From a virus (Duplodnaviria > Caudoviricetes): a stretch of 64,000 bases of DNA. Shown piece after piece: positions 19,646-29,733 of the stretch. The first letter of the stretch is position 1, and each line of letters opens with the position of its first letter. The stretch lies in IMG/VR virus record IMGVR_UViG_3300013936_000023, positions 1 to 64,000 of that record; one strand, written 5' to 3'. The notes under the pieces are model-generated. The model did not search any database. It worked only from the letters and a program-made list of their open reading frames with translations, and was not told where the DNA came from. The translations under genes were made by a program, and so were the position numbers.

Positions 19646-21208
19646 TCACTGGTCGTCATTCTGCTGGGCAGATTCCGACTTGTCAACAGAGTCAAGCACT
19701 GGACGACCACCGGTACTGCCGCCATCCTTGCTCGTGTTGGCGTTCATCAGCAATTGCAGATTCTTTGTCCAGCCCGTGTTCTTGCTCGCCATAAGGCTGC
19801 GCTCAAACAGCACAGGGTTCATTCCCATAGCAGACGCCCACGCCGAGCTATCAAGGACGATACCCTTGTCGGCATACTTGAACATCGTGTCAATGCGTTG
19901 CTGACGCTCATAGCGATACGTCGCGCCATCAAACACAAACTGCCACTTAAACTTCTTGGTCAACTGATTGCCAAAGAACGTCATAAACTTACCGAACTGG
20001 TCATAGAGCGGACGCATCGTCTGATACGTTTCATTCTGACCAGCCTCGATCTCGGCATTGCTCATACGGTCAGAGCTATAAATGACGCGACTGACATTGC
20101 TACCAATCGCCGCCGTAGAGCTGGATTGGTTGCTATACATATCGGGATTCTTGTCCTCATACTGGAAGAACTTGTTATCAGCAGTAGGCATAGCCACAGC
20201 CTTGATAGTCGAAGTTAAACCAGCCTTAACCTTGCCCATGAACGTGCCAAGCGTCTTCGGGTCTATAGAAAATTGGTTTTTCGTCGTGCCGCTCTTGGCA
20301 TTATCAAAGAGCTGGATAGCACCAGCCAAGATGCCATATGCCGACACCATATCCTTGTTCAGTTGAAGTTGCTGAACCTCATCATCCGTGATTGCATTTT
20401 TGAGAAGTGGCGCGAGATACGGCGTAGTGTTGAAGTTACTCAGGTCAAATTTGAACGCCCAAGCACCATCATCCGGACTCGTCTGCGTCCACATTGCATA
20501 AGTACCAATACGGTCGTTGAATGGGTTAGTTGGCCGATAGCTCTCAATGGATTTTGCCTCAGCCCCAAACACGCGCTGATAGTAGCGCTTAAACGCAGGG
20601 TCATAAGCGTCAATGTCAACAGATGGTTGGAGAAAATATGACATATCGAAATCAAACAACGGGCCAACATCGCTCATGCCCGTAAGCAAGCATCTGTCCT
20701 GCGGCAACATCTGAAGCGCGAACTTCATATTGCCACGATTTCCCCACTTGGTCTTTCTAAACCACGTATAGTAAACCTCATGGGTCAACAGTTGTTCAAC
20801 AACTTTGCGGAACTCACCGCGATAGTCAAACTTGAGCAGGAAGTCATCAATGCGGCGTTTATCCGCAAGATAAGCCTCCGAGCCATAGTCAGAATCCTTG
20901 GCATTTACGCAAACAAGCTGGAGGTCAAATGCCAGCGCATTCGCATAGCTCTTGAGAGTCTTTGCGAAAAGTTGGTCAAATACCTTCATATACTCCATGT
21001 AGCCCTGAATCGTATCAGCGCTCTCACGGTAAGTCGCCAGAGCCTTTCGCACGCTTTCAGAAGTTGCCACTCGTGCATCATTGTTCAAATTCTGCAATAA
21101 GCTATTGCTCATAAACGGCGACCATACGCCATATTGTTCACCATAAGCAAGACCCGCCGCAAAATCCACAATATCTTGCACCTGAGATTTAGTTAAACTC
21201 TCTTCCAT
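19646..21208 (-). CDS. Portal protein
   Basis: 520 aa directly after terL; C-terminal GGRP motif. Confidence 0.75.
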   Translation of the reverse strand: MEESLTKSQVQDIVDFAAGLAYGEQYGVWSPFMSNSLLQNLNNDARVATSESVRKALATYRESADTIQGYMEYMKVFDQLFAKTLKSYANALAFDLQLVCVNAKDSDYGSEAYLADKRRIDDFLLKFDYRGEFRKVVEQLLTHEVYYTWFRKTKWGNRGNMKFALQMLPQDRCLLTGMSDVGPLFDFDMSYFLQPSVDIDAYDPAFKRYYQRVFGAEAKSIESYRPTNPFNDRIGTYAMWTQTSPDDGAWAFKFDLSNFNTTPYLAPLLKNAITDDEVQQLQLNKDMVSAYGILAGAIQLFDNAKSGTTKNQFSIDPKTLGTFMGKVKAGLTSTIKAVAMPTADNKFFQYEDKNPDMYSNQSSSTAAIGSNVSRVIYSSDRMSNAEIEAGQNETYQTMRPLYDQFGKFMTFFGNQLTKKFKWQFVFDGATYRYERQQRIDTMFKYADKGIVLDSSAWASAMGMNPVLFERSLMASKNTGWTKNLQLLMNANTSKDGGSTGGRPVLDSVDKSESAQQNDDQ

Positions 21209-21231
21209 CCTTCTCCTCCTTTCATAAAAGT

Positions 21232-23077
21232 TTACCAGACAAGCTCGATATCATCGAGGTCGTCGTCGTCAGTTTGTTGTTGTCTGAGCCATTCCTGCTC
21301 AATCAACGACGCAATATAATTGCCATAAGACAAGATAACGGCTCTATCCTTAGTCCCGCTTCTTGGCTCGACCAGCTTGATTTTATCGTTGCGATATTCC
21401 GGTTTTAGCTCGATACACTCTTGAATGAGCATATCAACCTCACCATACGGCGCAACATCATTCGCAATCTCCTCAGCGCTCATCGTGAAATACGAGCCAT
21501 CGTCTTCAATTTTATTCTGCCGGTCTTGCATTGACACGAGGAATTTGATATTATTAAGGTCGAGTTGCTTACGCAATGTAATCCACATCTGGCTGTTGAG
21601 GTCTTGCGTGCCAATCATCGGGATGATAATACGTTGCGGGTCATTGTCAACCACGCGGCTTCTCAAGTCGTCAAGCTTTGTTGTCGGCACAACTTGATAT
21701 ATCAGCATCTCGGAAATGCCGAGACCATGCGGATTCCAATTTGCCCCACGCTCAGGATTTTCCTTGGGCTGGGACATATAGTTGTACAAGGTCTCGCCGC
21801 CGTTGCGAAGGTCAAGTATATAGTAATCCGCGCCATAGTCATAGACCAGCGCTCTAATGCGGTCGGCAGCTCCAAGACTATCGCTCGCCTCGAATTGCTC
21901 CATATAATCAACATGACGCTCAAACCGCGTCTTTCGCCAATGCAACGACATACACATGATTTGCGTATTATCGTTCTTTTGGCTCGTCGTAGTGTTGGCA
22001 AATGCAAAGTCCGAGATAATCAATCGAACCTCATTGTCCTCACGTGGGACATTGTGCATTTCAGCCCCAAGATATAGTTGCTCAACCGTCGGCGGTCTAA
22101 AGCATTGCTCAAGGATTTGGTTTTCCTTAAACGTCTTGAGCTTAAAGAACGCGTCTTCGGCTTCGCCCACCATCTCATTCAGGTCTTCCATGCGAAAGTC
22201 CATCTCTGAATCTTGCTTGCCTTTACGATAGTCAGCCCAAGTCTTCAGACGGTTCTCAATCGCCATGAAAATATCGCCCGCGAATACATTGCTCACGGTG
22301 CGCTTATCGACAAAATGGTTGGTCACAGTCTGCTTGAACGCGCCCCAAAACCATTCAAACTTATATCGCGCAGACGTGATATAGATGCGCTGGCACTGCT
22401 CAACCCAGCGCGGATTTTCCGCATAGAGCGGATTATCAAGATATTTGGCTTGACGCGGATGCGGCATCTTCTCGAAGACGGCATCCAATATGCCCTTTTT
22501 AAGTAAGCGTACCTCTTCGTAAATCAAAAGCGTCGCACGTTCACCACGACTTGATTCCACACACGGCAAGACAACAATCGTCGAGCCATTTAGCTTGTTC
22601 TCAATCCTTGTGCCATCATCTGGCTTAGTGATGACAATGTATTCATGCTCATACATATAGAGCAGATACGGCGAGAGCTTCTTGATAATTTCATCACGTA
22701 TCTTTTTGTCGGCGAGCTTATTCGCCTGAGACACAGTTGACGAGGTGATAACAATTTCGCTATATGGATATAGGTTCATCTTGCAAATCGCACCAAGACC
22801 AGCCATGAACGACTTAGATAGACCACGAGAGCATATCGCAAAGAATACATTGGATATGCCCATGAGGTAAATCATAATCATCTGGAACGGGCGCAACTTG
22901 ATACCAAGTACCATGTCAACGTAGATGTGCCAGTTGCGGCGATACCTAATAAAGGGTCAGCCACTCAATGGCATTTTCTTCACGCTCTATGTCTTTTCTG
23001 CGTGCAGACCCTTGCTCGGTGGTAATAAGATGGTTTGCCATAAATTTTCTACGCAAGCCACCCATCTGACTCTTCAT
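21232..23077 (-). CDS. terL: Terminase large subunit, reading frame interrupted at 22942-22951
   Basis: Main ORF has LRPFQ, CSRGLSKS (Walker A), SRGERATLLIYEE (Walker B), ITSA and nuclease ISDFA/KDRAV motifs. The N-terminal 43 codons (23077-22949, ...AIEWLTLY) are separated from YRRNWHIYVDMV by TAG-G. Confidence 0.85.
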
Positions 23078-23091
23078 TCAACATCACCACC

Positions 23092-23955
23092 TTATTGTTC
23101 CTCACGCGGAATATCAGGATAATTTCTCGAACCGCCAACAAGATTCTGCAAGCACCTCATCAAACCATCCCAAGTTTTACCAAATCCGCTAAAATCCTTA
23201 TATTTCTCAAGGTCTTCACATTCAGCGGGCTTAGTATTCTCAATAGTAAACGCCATCCGCTCAATGAATTTCTCTGTCTCGCTTTGCTTATTATCTTTGA
23301 AGTCATCAAGTTTCAGCATAGACATAAGCGTTTTGATTTGGTTGAACGTGTCCTTATCACCCTCGCCTTTGAACTGCTTCAGCTCTGCGCGACAAAGGTC
23401 ACGATAACGCAACGTCATAGCCGTATCCATCTCAAGAATGTCCTTAGTGTAATCCTCAAAATATTCATCAAGCCTCTGACAATCCTCATCGTCATAATCT
23501 TTGCCCCAAACCTTATCCCATTGCTTACGTTGAGCATCCATATCTTTCTGCATCGGCTCTTCGGGCGATTGCTCAATGCCAAGGTCGACAAACTCTGAAA
23601 GCTGCATATCGCTATCAAAGATGCCACGATATTGAACGCCGCCATCCTTAAGCAACGCAAGGTAAAGCCCAAACGGCTCAGGTCTGCGCCCCTTGCCATC
23701 AAGCCCATCATATTGGGCCTTGAGCAAATTGAACTTCTCCCGCAAGAACGGCACGCCCATCTCCATACAGAGACACCACAACGCGCCCCATCTTGAATCA
23801 AGAGCCTTAGACGCGGCATAATATTTCTTGCTTACGCATTCGCGGCAATATGGCAAAAATTCGCCAGAAGCAATGGGGCTTGGATAAAATTTCACCTTAT
23901 CCTTTACCGTAGAACAGCAAGGACAATAGCGCTGTTTTGCTCTATTTAATTCCAT
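23092..23955 (-). CDS. Zn-finger protein, possible terminase small subunit
   Basis: CPCC...CREC N-terminus; immediately upstream of terL. Confidence 0.55.
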   Translation of the reverse strand: MELNRAKQRYCPCCSTVKDKVKFYPSPIASGEFLPYCRECVSKKYYAASKALDSRWGALWCLCMEMGVPFLREKFNLLKAQYDGLDGKGRRPEPFGLYLALLKDGGVQYRGIFDSDMQLSEFVDLGIEQSPEEPMQKDMDAQRKQWDKVWGKDYDDEDCQRLDEYFEDYTKDILEMDTAMTLRYRDLCRAELKQFKGEGDKDTFNQIKTLMSMLKLDDFKDNKQSETEKFIERMAFTIENTKPAECEDLEKYKDFSGFGKTWDGLMRCLQNLVGGSRNYPDIPREEQ

Positions 23956-23974
23956 ATCCCCTCAATCCTTTTAT

Positions 23975-24530
23975 TCAATATGCAAAGATAGCGAGCCAGT
24001 GCGCAACCAGCCCGCTATTTCGCCACAATATTCAGTTGTAGACCGCAGTATCACCGTTGCTACGGGACTTACGGTAGATTTAGAATCACCTCCTTCAAAC
24101 TTTGGCCTGAATCTTCCAGACAGTTGGTTGCAAGTGAGATGACCTCCTCTCTTTCGAGAAATTTCTTCCAGCCGCCATTGATTAGTAGCGGCGAGCGTTT
24201 ATCCTTTGCTCAAAGCATCTTTTTCAGTTCTCGTATCTAAGAGCTGTCGAGTCGCTAATTTGTATGCCGCCACACGACAGGTCGGCAATCATTGTTGGGT
24301 TTTGCATGAACCGCTTACACGATTCAAGGAACTCTTTGTGCTCATGGCACATGAGATAGTTAAGTGTCTCGCCCTGCGCAAGGCCGACAATTTCAGCTTG
24401 CTCCTACGGTCTTAGCTTTTCGGCTCAAGTAGGAGACACATCCATTAGGACAATCTATCCAAACTTCCTTGGGCGGGCCTGATGCCTCACAAGCGTTTCA
24501 GACACAATCACTATATGGTCGCCCAAGAAA
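23975..24530 (-). ncRNA. Large structured ncRNA candidate (ROOL-like size and context)
   Basis: About 570-nt ORF-poor gap dense in hairpins (CTCCTAC/GTAGGAG, TGAATCG/CGGTTCA, GCCGCTA/TGGCGGC, TCTC-GAAA-GAGA, ACCGT/ACGGT, ATAGCGGGC/GCTCGCTAT). Strand assumed from flanking genes. Confidence 0.55.
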
Positions 24531-24537
24531 GATTGAA

Positions 24538-25746
24538 TCAAAGGTAATAATTGCGACTCCAAGTCTTGCCTTGGTCGTCTGTGTACATTGCCATATAGGC
24601 GCTGGGTCTTGCCGAGACGCGAATTTTTTTCGCGAATGCGTCCACGCCAACAATCGAGCCAACCCGTGTCAGCAGTCTATCGCCAACGTCGGCGTAGCCA
24701 ATCGCTTTGGATTCGGGGCGATGCAGATGGCCAGCCAAAATTTCATCACAATCGACATTGTAGAGATTGCCGAAATAATCTAACGTGGTCTTGAGGTCTT
24801 TATCTTCGCCATGCTGGAACATGATGTTCGTACCACGAATTGTTTTGATGGCAACATCTTGATAATCATCAACCTTGATATCGTCAAATCCTGCGAGCCT
24901 GAGCTTTAAGAACTCAACCACAATCTTAGTCAGGTTCTCACCCTCAAACTGCGGGCGAGAGGTCAGGGCGCGAATCACGTCGTGATTTCCGCCAATTGTG
25001 ACAACATTGATTGGGCAATCCAGATGTTCAGACACAGCCACCAGCCATTCAGCCATAAACTCACCGAAACGAATCACGGTATCAACAACTGGCTCACGCA
25101 GCTTGGTCAAACTCGAATCCCTGAGAATATTCTCGAAGCAGTCGCCAAGAATCGCCACGGTCAAGTCGTCAAACGCAAGGTCATCATCTGCAATCTTGTC
25201 GAGCAAGCTCCACATTCTCGCGCACATGATATCCCAACTGTAAGCGTTGACAATCTCGCCATACATCCCCTTAATTTCAAAGGTCGAGCCAGCGTGAAAA
25301 TCTGAGATGGCCAACAACGCCGTGGTCTTTGTGGCGTAGTCAATCGGGTGATATTTAATGCTCTGCCGCTTGATTGGCTCAAGGCGATTCACAGCGGCAA
25401 TCAGTTGCTCGTGGAACATATCATTTCGAGCTTCTGCACGTTGAGCAGCATTATATTCAAGATTCGCCGTCTGGACTTTCAGCTTCTCAGCTTTGATATC
25501 GTCGAGCAACTTTCTCAACCCAGCTTCATCATCGCCAGATTCAATTTGTTCATCATCGAGATTTTTGACAAAGATGGCGAACACCTTTGCAGCACGACGA
25601 ATATACTCGTCGCTAAAGACGTCGCGATAATCCTCTCCAAGTACCTCGACCACCCATTGCTGATAGTCAATCAACTTGGCATCAAGATTCTCCGTCGCCA
25701 ATTTCGTTTTCTGTAGGTACGTCATCCTGTTCTCCATTCTTTCCAT
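24538..25746 (-). CDS. Calcineurin-like metallophosphoesterase
   Basis: SDFH, GD, GNHD, HG and GHLH motifs after an N-terminal coiled coil. Confidence 0.85.
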   Translation of the reverse strand: MERMENRMTYLQKTKLATENLDAKLIDYQQWVVEVLGEDYRDVFSDEYIRRAAKVFAIFVKNLDDEQIESGDDEAGLRKLLDDIKAEKLKVQTANLEYNAAQRAEARNDMFHEQLIAAVNRLEPIKRQSIKYHPIDYATKTTALLAISDFHAGSTFEIKGMYGEIVNAYSWDIMCARMWSLLDKIADDDLAFDDLTVAILGDCFENILRDSSLTKLREPVVDTVIRFGEFMAEWLVAVSEHLDCPINVVTIGGNHDVIRALTSRPQFEGENLTKIVVEFLKLRLAGFDDIKVDDYQDVAIKTIRGTNIMFQHGEDKDLKTTLDYFGNLYNVDCDEILAGHLHRPESKAIGYADVGDRLLTRVGSIVGVDAFAKKIRVSARPSAYMAMYTDDQGKTWSRNYYL

Positions 25747-26245
25747 TTAACTTCTTGGCAAGCAACGCTGAGAAGCCGCCTCTTGCTCGTTGAGCTTTGT
25801 GTTCATTCTCAACGGCTATAATTTCCTTTAACACGTTATTCTCTTCTTCAAGCTTCTGCATGCGCATCATACGCTCATAGTCACGCTGACTCATCACGTG
25901 ATTCTTTGCGCGTTTACGAGCCGCTTGTGTCACAGCTCGACCATTGATGTCGTTGATAAAGTCATCGGCGTTGTGCCACACAGGCACATAGCGCTCTGGT
26001 TGAAGATAGTGAACCTTGCCGCCAGTCTTAGGGTCTGTCTGCTCCTGAATGTATTCGTCAACATGGCGGCAATCAAACCAACCCAGCTCAGGCAGATAGC
26101 AATACTGCCCGTAGTACAGATTTCGCTTGATGACCTCTGTGAACACCTTCCACCATTTCTTGGCCACGCCGACATCTTTACTGTCATTCAGACGCAAAGC
26201 CTCATAGTAAAAATCTCGCTCAGTTGGTCTTGCCATTTTCATCAC
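25682..26245 (-). CDS. HU/IHF-like DNA-binding protein with C-terminal extension
   Basis: Helical N-terminus, CYLPELGWF beta-arm motif, DPKTG...PERYVPVW. Confidence 0.55.
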   Translation of the reverse strand: MMKMARPTERDFYYEALRLNDSKDVGVAKKWWKVFTEVIKRNLYYGQYCYLPELGWFDCRHVDEYIQEQTDPKTGGKVHYLQPERYVPVWHNADDFINDINGRAVTQAARKRAKNHVMSQRDYERMMRMQKLEEENNVLKEIIAVENEHKAQRARGGFSALLAKKLNGKNGEQDDVPTENEIGDGES

Positions 26246-26567
26246 CCGACTTTACAGTTGTCGCCTCACGAATCTTTTGCGCGAGACCCTGAGAGAACCG
26301 TATCTTGACAAGACGATAAGCATCAAGATGAGGAATTACACTTTTCTCTTGTTTGACAATGTTGAAATGCTCAACATTATCTCTGGCTGGCATATCTTTG
26401 TATGTGATGGTTGCCAAATACGGGACAGGAAGTCCAACACCAGCCATGATGGATTCCTCGGCGACATCTCTCAGTGCCTTAAACGCCGCATCAAGGTCTT
26501 CATATCTCAGATGTGCGCGAAATGCAACCTCTGAGATGACCTCCTTGTTTGTTAGTCTTGGATTCAT
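26220..26567 (-). CDS. HU/IHF-like DNA-binding protein
   Basis: LTNKEVISEVA...LDAAFKALRDVAEESIMAG..VPYLATIT...VKIRFSQGLAQKIR follows the HU-fold pattern. Confidence 0.7.
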   Translation of the reverse strand: MNPRLTNKEVISEVAFRAHLRYEDLDAAFKALRDVAEESIMAGVGLPVPYLATITYKDMPARDNVEHFNIVKQEKSVIPHLDAYRLVKIRFSQGLAQKIREATTVKSGDENGKTN

Positions 26568-26627
26568 ATTTTGTTCCTTTCTCCCTATTGGGGCACAATT
26601 TGTAGTATTGCCATTTTGCACAAACCA

Positions 26628-29237
26628 TTATATTGCAATGGCTTCAACGATTTCGCCGTGCGAAGTTTTTGGCTTTGGAGATTCCCACCTATCCTTTGCT
26701 CTTTGTCTCTCAGCAACATCATAACACGCTGCGCCGCAATACTTTTGCAGTTCATCTCGCGGCTTAAATCGCTTGCCGCAGATTGGGCAAATCTTCCCAG
26801 CGCCCACAAGATTCCTCTCGAGGTTGCGCACGATATCCCAACCAAAGCAAGCCCACAACATTTTCTTATTGCTGGACTTCTTGACCGTGTAAGCATAAGC
26901 CACAAGGCTATTCACAACATACGCCAAATCTTCGCCGCTCGCCGCCAAGATTTCTTCACGGACTCGCCGCGAGATATAATCATCGCCATCCTTGATGTTG
27001 TCCAGCTCTTCGTTGAATTTTGCTCGATTCCGCAACCAGTAGTTATAAGCCTTTATGACTTCAGAATCTTCGCGGATTGTATAGTCGACATCTTTGTTGA
27101 TAAGCATCCGCCAATCAAATTTACCGATGTTTTTGTTGTATTTTACTCTGGCGTCTGGTATGCTGTTAGATATGCGGTCCATCGTCGAGCCATTGGGTTG
27201 CTCAACTTGCCAAGATTCTTTATCTTTAGCATAAATAAAGAACTGCGGGACGCTCGACTTAGTATATCGCTTGATGATCTTGTCAATGCTCTTAGGGCGC
27301 TCAGGTAGCCATAAAGTCTTGGCGTAGTCAATCACGGCGTTGTTCTCAAAACAGAGCCATTTGACCACATCAAGTTGCTCTTGGCCAATCTTACCGCTAT
27401 TCCAAATCTTCGTGATGTTATTGGATATCGGCCCGATATTGCCGCCAGTGTAAGCATGAATCATTCCTTGATACATCGACTCCGGCGTAAGCACAGCGGG
27501 CTGGGCCTTCTTGAGGTCGTAGGCCAGCGGTCGAATGTCTGTCATGTTGCGTTTGGCAATCTTGGTGAGCGTGCGGTCTTTGACTACGAGGCTCTTGTCT
27601 CCATCACAATCAAACATGAGGTAACGGCTGATAAGGTCGTGAGTAGACGTGTAGATGCACTTGGTCTCGCCAAACCACTTGTCAAGCTCAGTTGTGCGCG
27701 TGTTGGTCTTGACCGCCCATTCCCTATACAAGTGCGGCGAGCGGAGACACGCCAACTCATCACCGTCGCGGTATTGGTTGGTATACACCTCCCCATCCGC
27801 AAGCAGACCCCGTGGATTTTGTTCACCCTTGAATAGCCACTCGCAAAAGGCATAAAGGTCAGGAGACAGAAACAAGTACTTGCCATTCACGCGCAACCGA
27901 CCGCCACGCGCTTGTTTGACAAGGCTCTGCTTAGCTTGCTTCAGAATCTCGCGGCTGTAAACATCCTTAAACAGCTCAGGGTAAATCTCAAGTGCCGCTT
28001 GCACAGCCGACTTATAGCGGTTGTACGGCGTAGCTCCAAGTAGCCGCATAGTAGTTTGGTAATCCGCGCCGATAGTCTCAATCTCGTCAACCGTGCGCTT
28101 GGTCAACCGCTCAATCTCGCCATCCGTCATATCGCTGAGAGTCTGAAGCATCTGGTAGTTGATACGGCTCTTAGGGATATACGCCTCCTCGATATTGCAG
28201 AAGCTCGCCTCGCAACCATATGCCTTGAATCGCGCTTTATAGCATTCCCAACTCGCGTAGTATTTCCAGAGCTTGAATTGGCTCTTGGTGAAGATATAGC
28301 GAATATCCTCAAGCACAACATTGTGCCGCTGACCGTAGATATCTGTGACCCACCATTGGTCAGGCGTACATTTTTCGCGCAGGAATTTGTCGAACGGAAA
28401 GTAGACCATCAAACCCTTGACCCACGGCAAACGAACCATGCGCGTCGGCTTGTCAAGCATGATACCGCAGCCATCCATGTGGGGGATAGGCGTATCTGTC
28501 AACTCGCGCTTGATTTCATACGTCATGCCGTCAATGTGGTCAACCTCACCAGCCACCAGTGTCTCAAAATCGTCAACCACAATGCTCTTGTCGATATCGA
28601 AATCTTCCCAAACGTCCGTAGCAGAGTTCATCAGCGCCAGATATGCCAAGAACTTGTTGCAATTCATGCCGCCTTGCCGATTGATATCCTCGATGGTCAA
28701 TCCACACATCAGGCGTTGCTCTACGCGGAGAAATGCGGACTCGCGGATGAACACGGCCCTCTTGGTGCGGATTTGGCCAGCAGAAGCAGTGAGGAAAATG
28801 TAGTGCTCGCCATCCCAATCAAATCCTTGCTTAACAAGATTCTCAAAGACCTGAAAGAAAAATACGTTGACGATAATCAAATCCTTGGTAAGCTGGAACG
28901 TCTTGAGGTTCAAAGCTCGCGTCAAGCTCGACTCAAACAGGTTGATGACGTTGCGGTCTTTGAGCGCCTCGGCATTGAGCTGTCGCGTGACACCTTCAGC
29001 CGCCCGCTTGTCAAGAATCGCGCTCAGGCGTTCTTTATGCTTAGCAAGACAGCGGTTGTACGCCGATACGCGCCATTGACCATCCCAAGCATTGGTTTTA
29101 CCATCCTTGAGCCGCGTCTTTAATTTTGCTCGCGCCGAGTACATCTTGGCCATACGCCGATGAATCGCTTGCTCATCTGGCTGGTAGAATGTACTGGTAT
29201 CGCACGAATAGAGATATACTTGATTCGTCAAACTCAT
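26628..29237 (-). CDS. YonO-like single-subunit (RdRP-related) DNA-dependent RNA polymerase
   Basis: 869 aa with DGCG, LRSPH and FDCDGD (DxDGD catalytic) motifs; SPbeta-like context. Confidence 0.85.
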   Translation of the reverse strand: MSLTNQVYLYSCDTSTFYQPDEQAIHRRMAKMYSARAKLKTRLKDGKTNAWDGQWRVSAYNRCLAKHKERLSAILDKRAAEGVTRQLNAEALKDRNVINLFESSLTRALNLKTFQLTKDLIIVNVFFFQVFENLVKQGFDWDGEHYIFLTASAGQIRTKRAVFIRESAFLRVEQRLMCGLTIEDINRQGGMNCNKFLAYLALMNSATDVWEDFDIDKSIVVDDFETLVAGEVDHIDGMTYEIKRELTDTPIPHMDGCGIMLDKPTRMVRLPWVKGLMVYFPFDKFLREKCTPDQWWVTDIYGQRHNVVLEDIRYIFTKSQFKLWKYYASWECYKARFKAYGCEASFCNIEEAYIPKSRINYQMLQTLSDMTDGEIERLTKRTVDEIETIGADYQTTMRLLGATPYNRYKSAVQAALEIYPELFKDVYSREILKQAKQSLVKQARGGRLRVNGKYLFLSPDLYAFCEWLFKGEQNPRGLLADGEVYTNQYRDGDELACLRSPHLYREWAVKTNTRTTELDKWFGETKCIYTSTHDLISRYLMFDCDGDKSLVVKDRTLTKIAKRNMTDIRPLAYDLKKAQPAVLTPESMYQGMIHAYTGGNIGPISNNITKIWNSGKIGQEQLDVVKWLCFENNAVIDYAKTLWLPERPKSIDKIIKRYTKSSVPQFFIYAKDKESWQVEQPNGSTMDRISNSIPDARVKYNKNIGKFDWRMLINKDVDYTIREDSEVIKAYNYWLRNRAKFNEELDNIKDGDDYISRRVREEILAASGEDLAYVVNSLVAYAYTVKKSSNKKMLWACFGWDIVRNLERNLVGAGKICPICGKRFKPRDELQKYCGAACYDVAERQRAKDRWESPKPKTSHGEIVEAIAI

Positions 29238-29358
29238 CTGCTACTACATCCTTCTCGAATTGCCAATCGGGATAATCGTCAAGCTCTTCCTGCTCGACCT
29301 CTAATCGCTGTCGCATGGTCAACTTTGGCTGGTTGTACGACATCTCTCGCCATTTCAA
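29173..29358 (-). CDS. Small acidic hypothetical protein
   Basis: Strong RBS GAGGAGGTG before TTG; overlaps the RNAP start. Confidence 0.45.
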   Translation of the reverse strand: MKWREMSYNQPKLTMRQRLEVEQEELDDYPDWQFEKDVVADEFDESSISLFVRYQYILPAR

Positions 29359-29398
29359 GTTTTCACCTCCTCGCCTTTCTCTCTAACTCTTTTATTGT

Positions 29399-29427
29399 AT
29401 TATAACACATGATATGTTAGCTATCAA
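29399..29427 (-). promoter_or_regulatory. SigmaA promoter for the RNAP operon
   Basis: TTGATA-17-TATAAT. Confidence 0.65.
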
Positions 29428-29471
29428 TAGATATATTAGAAATTATCATAAAATATTTTATCAAGTTATAC

Positions 29472-29500
29472 TTGACAAATCTATTATTATATGCTATAAT
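29472..29500 (+). promoter_or_regulatory. SigmaA promoter
   Basis: TTGACA-17-TATAAT. Confidence 0.7.
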
Positions 29501-29596
29501 ATTTTATATAGCTTATATAATAATAAATATATTAGTTAGTAAAAGGATAGAAAAGGGGTTGTAGGGGAAAGGAAAGGGAATGGTAAAAATTTCCTC

Positions 29597-29625
29597 TTGA
29601 CAATCTCGACTCGTCATGATATACT
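29597..29625 (+). promoter_or_regulatory. SigmaA promoter
   Basis: TTGACA-17-TATACT. Confidence 0.65.
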
Positions 29626-29733
29626 CGCAAGCGAGGTAAACGAAAATGTTGCAAATGCAACAATGTAAATGTTAATAGTTTATTTACAGAATATTCATGA
29701 TGCTGTCATAGAATCTTGATATAATTACCATAA

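Noticed and set aside
22946-22948. Stop-codon reassignment (TAG readthrough) as the explanation for the terL break
   Set aside because: Reading through TAG stays in the wrong frame and hits TGA ten codons after the TAG. Other genes end normally at TAG, and no suppressor tRNA is seen.
11140-23990. TGAAT(G/A)AA motif upstream of several late genes as the phage-RNAP promoter
   Set aside because: It is short, AT-rich and found at inconsistent positions, so it is not distinguishable from chance without TSS data.
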